DNA of 60,934 bases, the filler included, from Myxococcota bacterium (GTDB lineage Bacteria > Myxococcota_C > UBA6777): NCBI GenBank assembly GCA_023150835.1. It is 3 parts of 3 records of this genome, joined end to end, with 100 filler letters (N's around TTAATTAATTAA, not from the genome) between each part and the next. Parts side by side here need not be neighbours in the genome. Positions count along the whole stretch, not along the records: positions 1 to 30,856 come from JAKLKB010000131.1; 2 more parts are not named here. One strand, 5' to 3'. The first letter of the stretch is position 1. Every line of letters begins with the position of its first letter. Position numbers and translations under genes: made by a program. The notes beneath the pieces are model-generated. The model made no database searches and was not told where the DNA came from. It saw only the letters and a list, made by a program, of their open reading frames with translations. This document shows, piece by piece, positions 19,438-29,420 of this stretch.

Positions 19438-21162
19438 TTGTGCGATCGACCCAAGAGCCCATCGGACAGCCCGTCTATCGGCTCTCTACAAACGAGTCAA
19501 CACATGCCACGCCATCGCTGCCACGCCAAAAAACAGCATCACGCGCTTTCTTCGCTGCGCACCAAACAACCTGAAAGCACCCAAGCCCAGCGCTTTCCCG
19601 TCCCCGCACAATCCGCCAAGATCGCAGCCGAACCCAGCCCGTCACAACGCATCCAAGGTCTCCGTCAGACAGTCGCCGATCACACGCTGCACCTCGGAAC
19701 CCACGCTCGGCCCAATCCTCACAAACAAAAGCGTTCCCGCCATGCTTCTCGTGAAGCTGTCTTTGCGATGCTCCGCCAATCGAGCCTCCACGACACGAGC
19801 GAAGATGTCCGTGAGACGGCGATCTCGTTGATCGGTCGGCATTTTTCGCAAGATCGCGAGATCATCCCACTGTTGTTTTCAGCCCTCACGATCAACCGCC
19901 ACACTCCGCGCAATCACCCGATCTATCGCCTCTTAGAAGATGCCTTGACCGCGACTTCTGCCCAAGGCCCAGCGATGCGCCGCGAAGCCTTGCTCCAAAC
20001 CCACCTTCTCGCCAAACAACCGCCTTGGCACATCACACAGATCGATCTCCAACCCGCCGCAACACTACAAGCTGAAGAAGCCCTCGACGCTCTCGAACGC
20101 GACATCCCGACCGCATGGCTTTGGCGCATCCTTGAAGACGGACTCTGCGCCCCCACCGAAAACACCCTTGCTCATGCGATCCGTTTGCTTTGTGCGGCGA
20201 TGTCTCGTTCTTCTGCATGGCTCGATCTCGATGCAGTCCAACAACACATCCAACGCCTTACGGCTCCGCTGCGCGAACCCTACGCGCTGCCGATCACACA
20301 TTCATGGCAAGAACATCGCGCCCACCAACACCGCTATCTTTGCGCGTTGCTGTCGCTTGTGCTGCTACCCACAAGCTACACAACCCCTTTTGTCGGGGCT
20401 TTGCAAGCGATCTCCCGCTACAACCACAACACCGCAGAGCGCCCCTTCTACCTTTACGAACACGAACGCATCCAATTTTTCGCCATGCTCTGTTTGCTCC
20501 GCCTGCCCGAACAGATCGGCTTTGTCGAAACGTCTGTCGTCCAAAGCCTCCGAACCATCGGGCAAGGAGCCTCTCAAACACGCCACACCCACAACGTTCT
20601 TCAGCTTATCTCTCATCTTCCCCCTGAACATCCCGACATTGCGCGTTGGCTGCTTGCGCACCTGACCCACCCCTACGGGACTTTTGCGCTCCCCTCTCTG
20701 CCTCTTCTCGCACGCTACCCAACAGATACGCTCCAACGACTCACCGCCCCCTTGCAACAACACGAGAGCAAGCGCCTCGAAACGCTCTTACCGCACATCT
20801 TTTCACAAGACACCACAGACACGGGAAGCACAGCCTTTCGCTTGCTTTGCTGCTTGCCGACCCATCAAAACATCGAGTCTTGCTTGTCTTTGCTCTCGAA
20901 CGCAGGAATCTCCCATGCACCCGCGATCTTGCACCACCTCTGCCACACGCCACCAGTCCCGCTTCAAACGATCTATCTGTTTGAGCGTTGGCGTTCGGCT
21001 TGCCTTTTCTCCTTGCAACGCAATCCGCCCACCCACCTCCGTGCTCGCGCCCTTCTCGTTCAATTGGGCGGCCTTATTCGCCAACATCAACGCCAACAAA
21101 ACCTCACAACTCACCAACTTCTCCCTTGGCAACGCGATCTCGAAGAGGTACTTCTCACCTGA
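19438..21162 (+). CDS. Hypothetical alpha-helical (HEAT-like) protein; start uncertain
   Basis: 574-codon ORF, Leu/His-rich helices, one HEAT-like motif LHDTSEDVRETAISLIG. Confidence 0.6.
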   Translation: MCDRPKSPSDSPSIGSLQTSQHMPRHRCHAKKQHHALSSLRTKQPESTQAQRFPVPAQSAKIAAEPSPSQRIQGLRQTVADHTLHLGTHARPNPHKQKRSRHASREAVFAMLRQSSLHDTSEDVRETAISLIGRHFSQDREIIPLLFSALTINRHTPRNHPIYRLLEDALTATSAQGPAMRREALLQTHLLAKQPPWHITQIDLQPAATLQAEEALDALERDIPTAWLWRILEDGLCAPTENTLAHAIRLLCAAMSRSSAWLDLDAVQQHIQRLTAPLREPYALPITHSWQEHRAHQHRYLCALLSLVLLPTSYTTPFVGALQAISRYNHNTAERPFYLYEHERIQFFAMLCLLRLPEQIGFVETSVVQSLRTIGQGASQTRHTHNVLQLISHLPPEHPDIARWLLAHLTHPYGTFALPSLPLLARYPTDTLQRLTAPLQQHESKRLETLLPHIFSQDTTDTGSTAFRLLCCLPTHQNIESCLSLLSNAGISHAPAILHHLCHTPPVPLQTIYLFERWRSACLFSLQRNPPTHLRARALLVQLGGLIRQHQRQQNLTTHQLLPWQRDLEEVLLT

Positions 21163-21252
21163 TCCATCTGCAACGGATTTTTCGTGCTTGCCAAATCCGA
21201 GATCTCCGCTACACTTCGCTGCTTTTCAAGTCTTTTCACTGAGGTACAACGT

Positions 21253-22110
21253 ATGTTCCAAGACCCCCGCAAGACCCTCCGCCAACATCATCTCAAGCCC
21301 AAGTACGATTGGGGGCAAAACTTCCTGATCTCCGCCGACAAAGTCGAACGGATGATCTCGATGCTTGGCACACAACCCGGAGATCGCGTTCTCGAACTCG
21401 GCGCAGGGACGGGTGTTTTAACCTACGCTCTCGCAGAAGCCTCCCCCCAAGCCTCGATCTTTGCGCTCGAACGGGACCGCGATCTCGTCGCACTGCTCGA
21501 ACAGGAACTTGTCCCCGCATATCAACACGTTCAAGTGATCGCGGCGGATGCTGCAAGCTTTGCGCTCAGCGAACTCCCCGAAGGCGGACCCCTCCGCATC
21601 CTCGGCAACCTGCCCTACAACATCTCTTCTCCGATCCTCTTCCATCTCCTCGAACAGCGGCATCTTTGGACCCATGCCTTGCTCATGCTCCAAAAAGAAG
21701 TCGCCGAACGTCTCGCCGCCAAACCTGACAGCGGCAAAGATTACTCCGTTCTCTCCATCCGCTTTGGTATGTTTTGCGACGTCCTCAAAGTCCTCAACGT
21801 CCCCCGACGCTGCTTTCACCCACAGCCCCAAATCGACTCCGCCGTCGTCCGCATCCAAACCCTCCCACAACCGCGCTTTCCTCTCCACAGCGAAGACACC
21901 TTCGTCCGTACTGTCAAAGCCGTCTTCGCCAGTCGCCGTAAAACACTCCATAACACCCTACGTTCAGGCTTTTCTGAAATCTCCGTCGAAGCCATCGATG
22001 CCCTTCTCCACATCCTCCACATCGACCCCCAACGACGCGGCGAATCCCTCTCCCTCCAAGAATTCGCCCTCCTCAGCAACGCACTCCACGAACAACAGAC
22101 CACACCATAA
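21253..22110 (+). CDS. rsmA: 16S rRNA (adenine-N6)-dimethyltransferase RsmA/KsgA
   Basis: GQNFL, VLELGAGTG, GNLPYNISSP, MLQKEVAER, RRKTL. Confidence 0.96.
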   Translation: MFQDPRKTLRQHHLKPKYDWGQNFLISADKVERMISMLGTQPGDRVLELGAGTGVLTYALAEASPQASIFALERDRDLVALLEQELVPAYQHVQVIAADAASFALSELPEGGPLRILGNLPYNISSPILFHLLEQRHLWTHALLMLQKEVAERLAAKPDSGKDYSVLSIRFGMFCDVLKVLNVPRRCFHPQPQIDSAVVRIQTLPQPRFPLHSEDTFVRTVKAVFASRRKTLHNTLRSGFSEISVEAIDALLHILHIDPQRRGESLSLQEFALLSNALHEQQTTP

Positions 22111-22125
22111 CAACGGGAGACCCCG

Positions 22126-23568
22126 ATGCGCCGAATGAAATCGATCGTCTTTGTACTTTGTCTGATCCCGCTCTTGCTGTTTGTGTACATCGCCGTTCTC
22201 TCGCGTATCGATCCCGAAAAAGATCCCCGCTACAGCCACTTCGATCTGCATTTCTCTCCGCCCCAAGAATCCGCCCTTTTCAAGCGCCTTCTCTACGAAC
22301 AGCCACCTTTCCAATACCGACGCGATCTCCCCGAAGATCTCTCCTACGAACTCCGAACCACCAGCATCACCGACGGCAAGAAAGCACGCGATCCCAACGG
22401 CTGGTACGCCGATCTCGCAAAAGCCCACCGCATCTTATCCAAACACCGCCCCTACTACCCCACTGCCCTGCTTCTTCTCCAAGAAAAAGGCTGCTTTCCC
22501 CTCCCACCGCCCCAACCCCCACCCACACAAGGCACCGACAAACCCAAACCAAAAACCAACAAACCGAACCTACCGCGCCCCTCAATGCACCCCTTGCTCA
22601 CAGCCCTCAAGATGATCAGTTCTCAAGCCCTCGCAGACGCACAAAGCGGCCATCCTGACCGTTCCGCTTCCCACCTCGCAGCAGCTCTCTCTTTGGTACT
22701 GCGCATCGAACAACAATGCCCAAACACCCTTGTATACGAGATGAGCCTTCTGATCTCGATGCAGATCCTCAGCGAAACAACTCCTTTTCTACTCAGCCAA
22801 CCCACGCTTTCTCCCGCCTCACGCCAAATACTCCTACAAGCGATGAAACAACACGCCGTGCTTTCCCCACAAAGCCTTGCTCGCGTCTGGAAGGTCGAAA
22901 ACCACAGCATCCAACAAGAAATCAAGGCCCTCCCCGAATTCCAAACAAACGGCCTCTCGTGGCCCGCGTGGCCTTTCTTAGACAAAAAACAATTCTTTTC
23001 TTGGCAAGACGAATCTTCTCGCCACAAGATCTGGCTCTCACTCTTGCCCCTTCCCTTCGATCCCCCACGCACCAAGTGGGACGATTTCTCCGACAAGTTA
23101 CGCTCCTCCTCCAACGTCCGAACCGCCCTCAGCTACAACTCCGTTGGACGCATCCTTTTCTCCATCGCTTCGCCGTCCACCGTTCGATACGTCCACAAAT
23201 GGCACCAACATCGGTGCCTTGCCAACTTCCACTTGGCTCGTGCGCTCCATCATGGCGGACACAACGGCCCTCTCCCCACCAATCCTCTCACGCAAAAACC
23301 ATTCGACCTACAAAGCACCCGAATCTGCGGCGTCAAAACCACCGCCACCCCGAAAAACAACGCCCTACCCGCCGAAGACATCCTCCCTTCTCTGCCTGTG
23401 TACCCTTGGCCGACCTCGCCTCCCCCCATCCCACCAAAGACCACGACACCAACCCAAAAGCCCATCCTCCCAACACAAGCGCCCGCCCCCGCTGCCCCCC
23501 CCAAAAAAATCACAAACTTTTCTGATGCACACCGCGAACGGAACGCCCCGAAGGATCGGCCATTTTAG
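22126..23568 (+). CDS. Hypothetical membrane-anchored/secreted protein
   Basis: N-terminal hydrophobic helix, Pro-rich linkers, host-like codon usage. Confidence 0.65.
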   Translation: MRRMKSIVFVLCLIPLLLFVYIAVLSRIDPEKDPRYSHFDLHFSPPQESALFKRLLYEQPPFQYRRDLPEDLSYELRTTSITDGKKARDPNGWYADLAKAHRILSKHRPYYPTALLLLQEKGCFPLPPPQPPPTQGTDKPKPKTNKPNLPRPSMHPLLTALKMISSQALADAQSGHPDRSASHLAAALSLVLRIEQQCPNTLVYEMSLLISMQILSETTPFLLSQPTLSPASRQILLQAMKQHAVLSPQSLARVWKVENHSIQQEIKALPEFQTNGLSWPAWPFLDKKQFFSWQDESSRHKIWLSLLPLPFDPPRTKWDDFSDKLRSSSNVRTALSYNSVGRILFSIASPSTVRYVHKWHQHRCLANFHLARALHHGGHNGPLPTNPLTQKPFDLQSTRICGVKTTATPKNNALPAEDILPSLPVYPWPTSPPPIPPKTTTPTQKPILPTQAPAPAAPPKKITNFSDAHRERNAPKDRPF

Positions 23569-25168
23569 CGAAGGCTTCGTCCCAAGCGATGGCAACGGGG
23601 GTGCTACAAGCGATGCTTGGCCCTTCAGGGACGCAGCGGATCGCATCAGCGGTCGGATAATAGGCTTCAAACAAGCTGCGATAGAGATAGGCTTCTTTGG
23701 TTAGGGGGGTATTGAGCGGAAAGCGGAAGCGGGCATTTTCCATCATCTTGTCGGTGATCTCGCGTTCTGCATGAGCTTTGAGTCCATCGATCCAGCCGTA
23801 TCCAACGCCATCAGAGAACTGTTCTTTTTGCCGCCAGAGAACTTCTTCGGGGAGATAACCGGCGAAGGCCTCGCGCAAGATCTGTTTTTCCATTTTTCCA
23901 CCTGTCACCATCTTGGCGCTGGGATCGAGGTTCATGGCGATCTCAAGAAAGGCGAGATCCAAGAAGGGAACGCGGGTTTCGATGCCCCATGCAGCGGTGG
24001 ATTTGTTGGCGCGCAGACAATCGTATTTGTAAAGCAGCTTGATCTTACGGACAGTTTCTTCAAAGAAGGCTTGGGCGTGGGGGGCTTTGTGAAAGTACAG
24101 ATACCCACCAAATATCTCGTCCGCCCCTTCGCCGGAAAGCAACATCTTGATGCCCATGGATCGGATCTTTCGGGCCATCAGATACATGGGAGTCGAAGCG
24201 CGGATCGTGGTGACATCGAAGGTTTCGAGGTGATAGATCACATCGGCGATGGCGTCGATGCCTTCTTGAACGGTGAAATGGAAGGAGTGATGGATGGTCC
24301 CGATATGTGCGGCCACTTTGCGGGCGGCGGCAAGATCGGGCGAGCCTTCGAGTCCGATCGAAAAAGAGTGGATCTGTGGCCACCATGCAGGGCCTTGACC
24401 GTCATCTTCCACGCGATTCTTCGCAAAGCGCGAAGCGATGGCCGCGATCAACGAAGAGTCCAATCCGCCCGACAACAACACGCCATAAGGCACATCGCAC
24501 ATCAATTGCCGCCGCACCGCCTCTTCCAACCCTTCTCGCAAACGCACAAGATCCAGCGGCTGCTTCGGGGCTTCCACAGCATCCCACCACGGCGGTTGAT
24601 AAAATCGCTCCAAACGATCGGTCTGGCTCCAGTACACGTGACCGGGTGGAAAGTCTTCGATCTGATTACAGATCCCGATCAATGCCTTCATCTCGGAAGC
24701 CACATAACGATTGCCTTCGGCATCCAACCCCCAATACAACGGGATGATCCCCACAGGATCACGCGCCACAAGATACGCCTCTTGCGAAGCATCATACAGC
24801 GCAAAGGCATAGATCCCATTCAACTTATTCAGAAAACCCGTACCTTCGCGCTTAAACAAGGGCAAGATGATCTCGCAGTCTGACTCGGTGCGAAACGCAT
24901 AACTCGGATCCAACGCTCCACGCAGCAACTTGTGATTGTAGATCTCCCCATTGACGGCCAAGATCACTTGCTCGCTATCGTCCAGCAATGGCTGTGCGCC
25001 ATGATCGATATCCACGATCGACAGCCGTTCATGCGCCAAGATCGCTTGGTCGCACGCATACACCCCGCTCCAGTCCGGCCCACGATGCCGCAACATCCGC
25101 GCTTGCTGCAAGATCTGTTTCCGCATCTCCGACACATTCTTGCCAAACACACATACGATTCCGCACAT
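23510..25168 (-). CDS. asnB: Asparagine synthetase B (glutamine-hydrolysing)
   Basis: MCGI N-terminus, RHRGPDWSG, LSGGLDSS, SGEGADE, RQKEQFSDGVG. Confidence 0.97.
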   Translation of the reverse strand: MCGIVCVFGKNVSEMRKQILQQARMLRHRGPDWSGVYACDQAILAHERLSIVDIDHGAQPLLDDSEQVILAVNGEIYNHKLLRGALDPSYAFRTESDCEIILPLFKREGTGFLNKLNGIYAFALYDASQEAYLVARDPVGIIPLYWGLDAEGNRYVASEMKALIGICNQIEDFPPGHVYWSQTDRLERFYQPPWWDAVEAPKQPLDLVRLREGLEEAVRRQLMCDVPYGVLLSGGLDSSLIAAIASRFAKNRVEDDGQGPAWWPQIHSFSIGLEGSPDLAAARKVAAHIGTIHHSFHFTVQEGIDAIADVIYHLETFDVTTIRASTPMYLMARKIRSMGIKMLLSGEGADEIFGGYLYFHKAPHAQAFFEETVRKIKLLYKYDCLRANKSTAAWGIETRVPFLDLAFLEIAMNLDPSAKMVTGGKMEKQILREAFAGYLPEEVLWRQKEQFSDGVGYGWIDGLKAHAEREITDKMMENARFRFPLNTPLTKEAYLYRSLFEAYYPTADAIRCVPEGPSIACSTPVAIAWDEAFAKMADPSGRSVRGVHQKSL

Positions 25169-25312
25169 CCACAACAACCCTTTCTGCTCAAATGCGTGAG
25201 TCCTCAAACAAACAAGTCAATCCTACTTTGTTTCGCCTTTACAGCAAGGGGTTGTACGTGCAAAATAGCGCCGTCTGACCCCCGTTCACGCTGACCACAG
25301 AGGGAGCCAAGT

Positions 25313-26923
25313 ATGCGCAATGAGGATAGAGAACGAGCCATCGTCGAGATCACGGGACGGCTCGTGGATGCCAAGATGGAAGCGGCCAAACAAGGAGGCG
25401 TCCCCATTATCGAGGTGATCAACGATACGATCTACCACGAACAACAACGCTTGCGAACCGACCGTAGCTCGCCAAACTACGACGACGACAAATCGTTTTG
25501 GCGAAAGATCCAGCGCGCCCTTCCCCGCGCAAGCGAGCGCGAGATCAAGCAGATGCTTCATCGAACCGTCGATCACTTCATCCGCGAGATCGCAGGAAAC
25601 TTCAATCCTTATGTCTACCAAGCCTCTGTTCAACTCGTCCCTGTGGGCCTTGGCTTTTTGCTCAACGCGGTCTCTCCGTTTCGCCTGCTTCGACAACTCC
25701 CCCATCTGCCGTCGATCAACGATCACATGATGCTCACAGGGCGCATCGAATCCCTCCGAAAGCTCGACCGCAAGGGAACCATCGTCTTTGTTCCCACCCA
25801 CTCTTCCAACATGGACTCCCCCGTGATCGGTTGGAGTATCTACGCAATGGGCCTTCCTCCCGCCACTTACGGCGCTGGATTGAACCTCTTTACCAATCCC
25901 CTGCTCAGTTTCTTTATGCACAACCTCGGTGCTTATCGCGTCGACCGCCGCAAAACCGCCCCTCTCTACAAAGATATCCTCAAAGAATACGCTACCGTCT
26001 CGATGGAATACGGCTACAACAACCTGTTCTTTCCGGGCGGAACACGTAGCCGCTCCAATATGCTCGAACGCAAACTCAAAAAAGGGCTGATGGGAACGGG
26101 GCTTCGCGCCTACATCAACAACCTCCGCAACAAAAAATCCCAACCCCGTGTCTTTTTTGTCCCTTGCACCATCAACTACCAACTCGTCCTCGAAGCCGAA
26201 ACCCTGATCGACGACTTTCTCAAAGAGTCCGGAAAGTCCCGCTACATCATCGAAGACGACGAATCTTCCGACATCCGCAAGATCTACAACTTTGTCAGCA
26301 GCCTTGCGACGATGGACAGCCAGATCCGCCTTGTGGTCGGCCAAGCCCTCGATCCCTTCGGCAATCATGTGGACGATGAAGGCGAAAGCTACGACCGACG
26401 CGGACGACGCATCGAGATCGAACGCTACGTCATGCGCGACGGCGAACCCGTCGAAGACGCCCAACGCGACCACGAATACACCAACGAACTCGCCGAAAGC
26501 ATCGGCAAAGAATTCGCCCGCGACAACATGATCATGGTCACGCATCTTGTCGCTCGTGCCGCCTTCTCCCTCTTAAAGCAGAAAAATCCCGACATGGATC
26601 TCTATCGCCTCCTTCACACAGGCGGCGATATCGAACTGCTCACCCACAAAGAACTCATGGCCGAGATCGAAGACCTTCAAACCCAACTCCAAACCCTCGA
26701 ACAACGCGATGAACTCAAGATCGAACCCTCGATCAAAGAGCAAAGCGCCGAACGTCTCGCCGAACGCGCACTCAAACTCTTTCACAGCTACCACTCCGCC
26801 CCCGCGCTTACTCGACGTGGAGACCGCTACATCAGCGAAGATATGCGCTTGCTGTATTTTTACCAAAACCGCCTGCACGGTTATCCGCTCCAAAGCAAAG
26901 CCGCACACGCACGCGCTGCCTAA
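25313..26923 (+). CDS. Glycerol-3-phosphate acyltransferase (PlsB-like)
   Basis: PTHSSNMD (HX4D) and FFPGGTRSRS acyltransferase blocks; adjacent to gpsA. Confidence 0.85.
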   Translation: MRNEDRERAIVEITGRLVDAKMEAAKQGGVPIIEVINDTIYHEQQRLRTDRSSPNYDDDKSFWRKIQRALPRASEREIKQMLHRTVDHFIREIAGNFNPYVYQASVQLVPVGLGFLLNAVSPFRLLRQLPHLPSINDHMMLTGRIESLRKLDRKGTIVFVPTHSSNMDSPVIGWSIYAMGLPPATYGAGLNLFTNPLLSFFMHNLGAYRVDRRKTAPLYKDILKEYATVSMEYGYNNLFFPGGTRSRSNMLERKLKKGLMGTGLRAYINNLRNKKSQPRVFFVPCTINYQLVLEAETLIDDFLKESGKSRYIIEDDESSDIRKIYNFVSSLATMDSQIRLVVGQALDPFGNHVDDEGESYDRRGRRIEIERYVMRDGEPVEDAQRDHEYTNELAESIGKEFARDNMIMVTHLVARAAFSLLKQKNPDMDLYRLLHTGGDIELLTHKELMAEIEDLQTQLQTLEQRDELKIEPSIKEQSAERLAERALKLFHSYHSAPALTRRGDRYISEDMRLLYFYQNRLHGYPLQSKAAHARAA

Positions 26924-27060
26924 CCACTTCGATGCAGGGGCCGCGCACGCACGCGCTGCCTAACCACTTCGACGCAGGGGCCGCGCACGCACGCGCTGCC
27001 TAACCACTTCGACGCAGGGGCCGCGCACGCACGCGCTGCCTAACCACCTCGATGCAGGGG
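26901..27060. repeat. 4 x 40-bp tandem repeat containing the PlsB-like stop codon and the start of a REP
   Basis: CCGC(A/G)CACGCACGCGCTGCCTAACCAC(T/C)TCGA(T/C)GCAGGGG x4, running into the REP GGGGCTGCCCCTGTGGCTGCCC. Confidence 0.95.
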
Positions 27061-27201
27061 CTGCCCCTGTGGCTGCCCAAGAATCGGGCTGCTACAGCAA
27101 ATCGTGTCGCCCCTTACGATCACACATCTCTCAGATATCGTAGAACCACAGCCAACAAGGCGTCTTGCACGCCCAATTCATCTCGCGGAGAAAAAACCAA
27201 A

Positions 27202-28248
27202 ATGAGCGAACAGGTCGCAGTGATCGGAGGAGGAAGCTGGGGTTGCGCCCTCGCCCATGTGATCGGCAGCAACGGCTTCCCCGTCACTCTCTACGTTCGG
27301 CGTGCCGAACAAGCCGAGGAGATCCGTACCCTTCACACCAATCAACGCTATCTCAAGGATTATCCGCTCTCTCACAATATCACCCCCACCATCCGCCTCC
27401 AAGATGCCGCTCCTTGCGGGATCATCGTGATGGTGGTCCCTTCCAAAGGCTTCCGCGAAACCGCCCGTGAGATGGGCGACTTCCTCAAGCCCGATCAGAT
27501 CTTGCTCAGCGCCACCAAAGGCATTGAACCCGGAACCCACCTCCGCATGAGCGAGATCCTCAAAGCAGAAACCGCCTGCCTCAAAGTCGGTGCCATCTCC
27601 GGACCCAACCTCGCCCTCGAAGTCATGGCAGGCCATCCCACCGCCACCATCGTCGCCTCCCGCTACAACGAAGTCGTGGCCGCTGGAATGCAGATCCTCA
27701 ACTCCACCACCTTCCGCGCCTACGGAAGCCAAGATATCGTCGGCGTCGAACTCGCTGGCGCTCTCAAAAACGTCATGGCCCTTGCTGCGGGCATTGTCAC
27801 AGGCATCGGTTATGGGGCCAATACCCGCTCTTTCTTGATTAGTCGCGGTCTTTCCGAACTGATCCGCATGGGCAACCATTACAACGTCGATCCCATGACC
27901 CTCAGCGGTCTTGCGGGTGTCGGCGACTTGATCGTCACTTGCAATAGCGAGCAAAGTCGGAACTTTCAAGTCGGTAAACGCCTCGGCCAAGGCGAATCCC
28001 TCAACGATATCCTTGGCTCCATGCAACAAGTCGCCGAAGGCATCCGCACCACACAAAGCGCCTACGAACTCGCCAAAGCCTTCCGCGAACCCTTCCCCAT
28101 CATCGAGATCATGTACAAGCTGCTCTACCAAGGCATGAGCGTTCAAGAAGCCAAACTCTTACTACTTGGTCGTCCAATGCACTACGAACACGAACCCGAA
28201 CGCGTCGTCCCCAAACGCGAAACCCCAAAGTCCCTTCCATTCGCCTGA
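27202..28248 (+). CDS. gpsA: NAD(P)H-dependent glycerol-3-phosphate dehydrogenase
   Basis: IGGGSWG, SGPNLA, GALKNV, GLAGVGDLIVTC, SRN, VAEG. Confidence 0.96.
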   Translation: MSEQVAVIGGGSWGCALAHVIGSNGFPVTLYVRRAEQAEEIRTLHTNQRYLKDYPLSHNITPTIRLQDAAPCGIIVMVVPSKGFRETAREMGDFLKPDQILLSATKGIEPGTHLRMSEILKAETACLKVGAISGPNLALEVMAGHPTATIVASRYNEVVAAGMQILNSTTFRAYGSQDIVGVELAGALKNVMALAAGIVTGIGYGANTRSFLISRGLSELIRMGNHYNVDPMTLSGLAGVGDLIVTCNSEQSRNFQVGKRLGQGESLNDILGSMQQVAEGIRTTQSAYELAKAFREPFPIIEIMYKLLYQGMSVQEAKLLLLGRPMHYEHEPERVVPKRETPKSLPFA

Positions 28249-28346
28249 TCAGTCCCTTTTTTTCTCTCGGAGCTGATCGGTGGGGGAGCGTTTGTAGTCC
28301 TCAACCAACCCTGATCCATCCCTTTTTCCCCTCGGAGCCATCGACG

Positions 28347-29297
28347 ATGTTTCGCGAGCTTCTCCAACAGATCCTGACTTCGCGCAGAAAGCCCGGCTTT
28401 CCGCTGGTACGCTACGATCACCGCATCCTTCCCAACGAATTTCGCGGGATCATCGTCACCTCCGATATCGACAAAACTTATCTTGATACCCGCTTTCATT
28501 CCTTGCGCGACCTCGTCCGAACCGCCCTCGAACCCGCCGAATCCAAGCGCAGCCTCCCCGGCATGGGTCCGCTCTTGCGTGGCTTTCAACAAGGCCCTCA
28601 TCCCCACGCTCCCCCCACACCTCTCTATTTTATCTCCGCAAGCCCCCCCTTGATGCACGATGTCCTCCTCGAAAAAATGCAGATCGATGGCATCCAACCC
28701 GATGGCATCGTCCTCAAAGATCCTCTTCGCCTTGTCCGACGCGGTCGTTGGCAACACCTCCGCCACCACATCCTCTACAAACTCACCGCGCTTCTTCTCA
28801 ATCGCCACGCCCGACCCACCGAGGCCCACATCCAAGAGATCCTCATCGGTGACGACTCCGAAACCGATGCCGAAACCTACCTCCTCTACCAACGCCTGCT
28901 CCTCGATCAAGTGCCCGACGAAGAACTCCAACAACTCCTCCAACGCCTCGAAGCCACCCCCTCCGAAGCCGCTTTTTTGCGCGCACTCCTCGAACGCAAA
29001 GACCATAGCCGTGTCGCACGCATCTACATCCACCGCACCACACAACGCCCCCTTGATACACTCCCACCTCACCAACGCCACCAGATGATCGCCGCGCTCG
29101 ATAGCTTTCAAATCGCTGCCGATGCCTTCCTCGAAGGCTGGCTCGCCTCCTCCGCCCTTTGCGATGTCGCCCTTGCTTTCGGCCCGCTCTCCCTCCATGC
29201 CTCCGCCCAAGACGCCCAACAACGCGCCCTCTTTACCCCCGAACAATTCTCGCGCCTCAACGAAGCCCTCCCCCACGATAACCGCTTTCAACCCTGA
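28347..29297 (+). CDS. HAD-superfamily phosphatase, App1/DUF2183-like (possible phosphatidate phosphatase)
   Basis: SDIDKTYL (DxDxT), FISASP, IGDDSETD motifs. Confidence 0.75.
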   Translation: MFRELLQQILTSRRKPGFPLVRYDHRILPNEFRGIIVTSDIDKTYLDTRFHSLRDLVRTALEPAESKRSLPGMGPLLRGFQQGPHPHAPPTPLYFISASPPLMHDVLLEKMQIDGIQPDGIVLKDPLRLVRRGRWQHLRHHILYKLTALLLNRHARPTEAHIQEILIGDDSETDAETYLLYQRLLLDQVPDEELQQLLQRLEATPSEAAFLRALLERKDHSRVARIYIHRTTQRPLDTLPPHQRHQMIAALDSFQIAADAFLEGWLASSALCDVALAFGPLSLHASAQDAQQRALFTPEQFSRLNEALPHDNRFQP

Positions 29298-29420
29298 GCC
29301 ATCCGCCGCACAACATCTTTCCCTGATAACCCATCTTTTTGCCTAAAAGCTTGGTATCGGGGGGCGCTGCCCCATACGCGCTAGGGAGCCAGCCCTATCG
29401 ACCGATGTTTGGGTCGAGGG

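Noticed and set aside
18813..19462. Lys/Arg/Ser-rich ORFs (KKRKKR, RRGRRG, poly-Ser)
   Set aside because: Translations of the 9-bp microsatellite that overlap tsaD.
25286..29291. Long antisense ORFs (25286-26545, 27178-28146, 28182-29291; similar ones opposite rpsD, gor and the acyl-CoA dehydrogenase)
   Set aside because: Shadow ORFs opposite well-supported genes, expected from strong codon bias.
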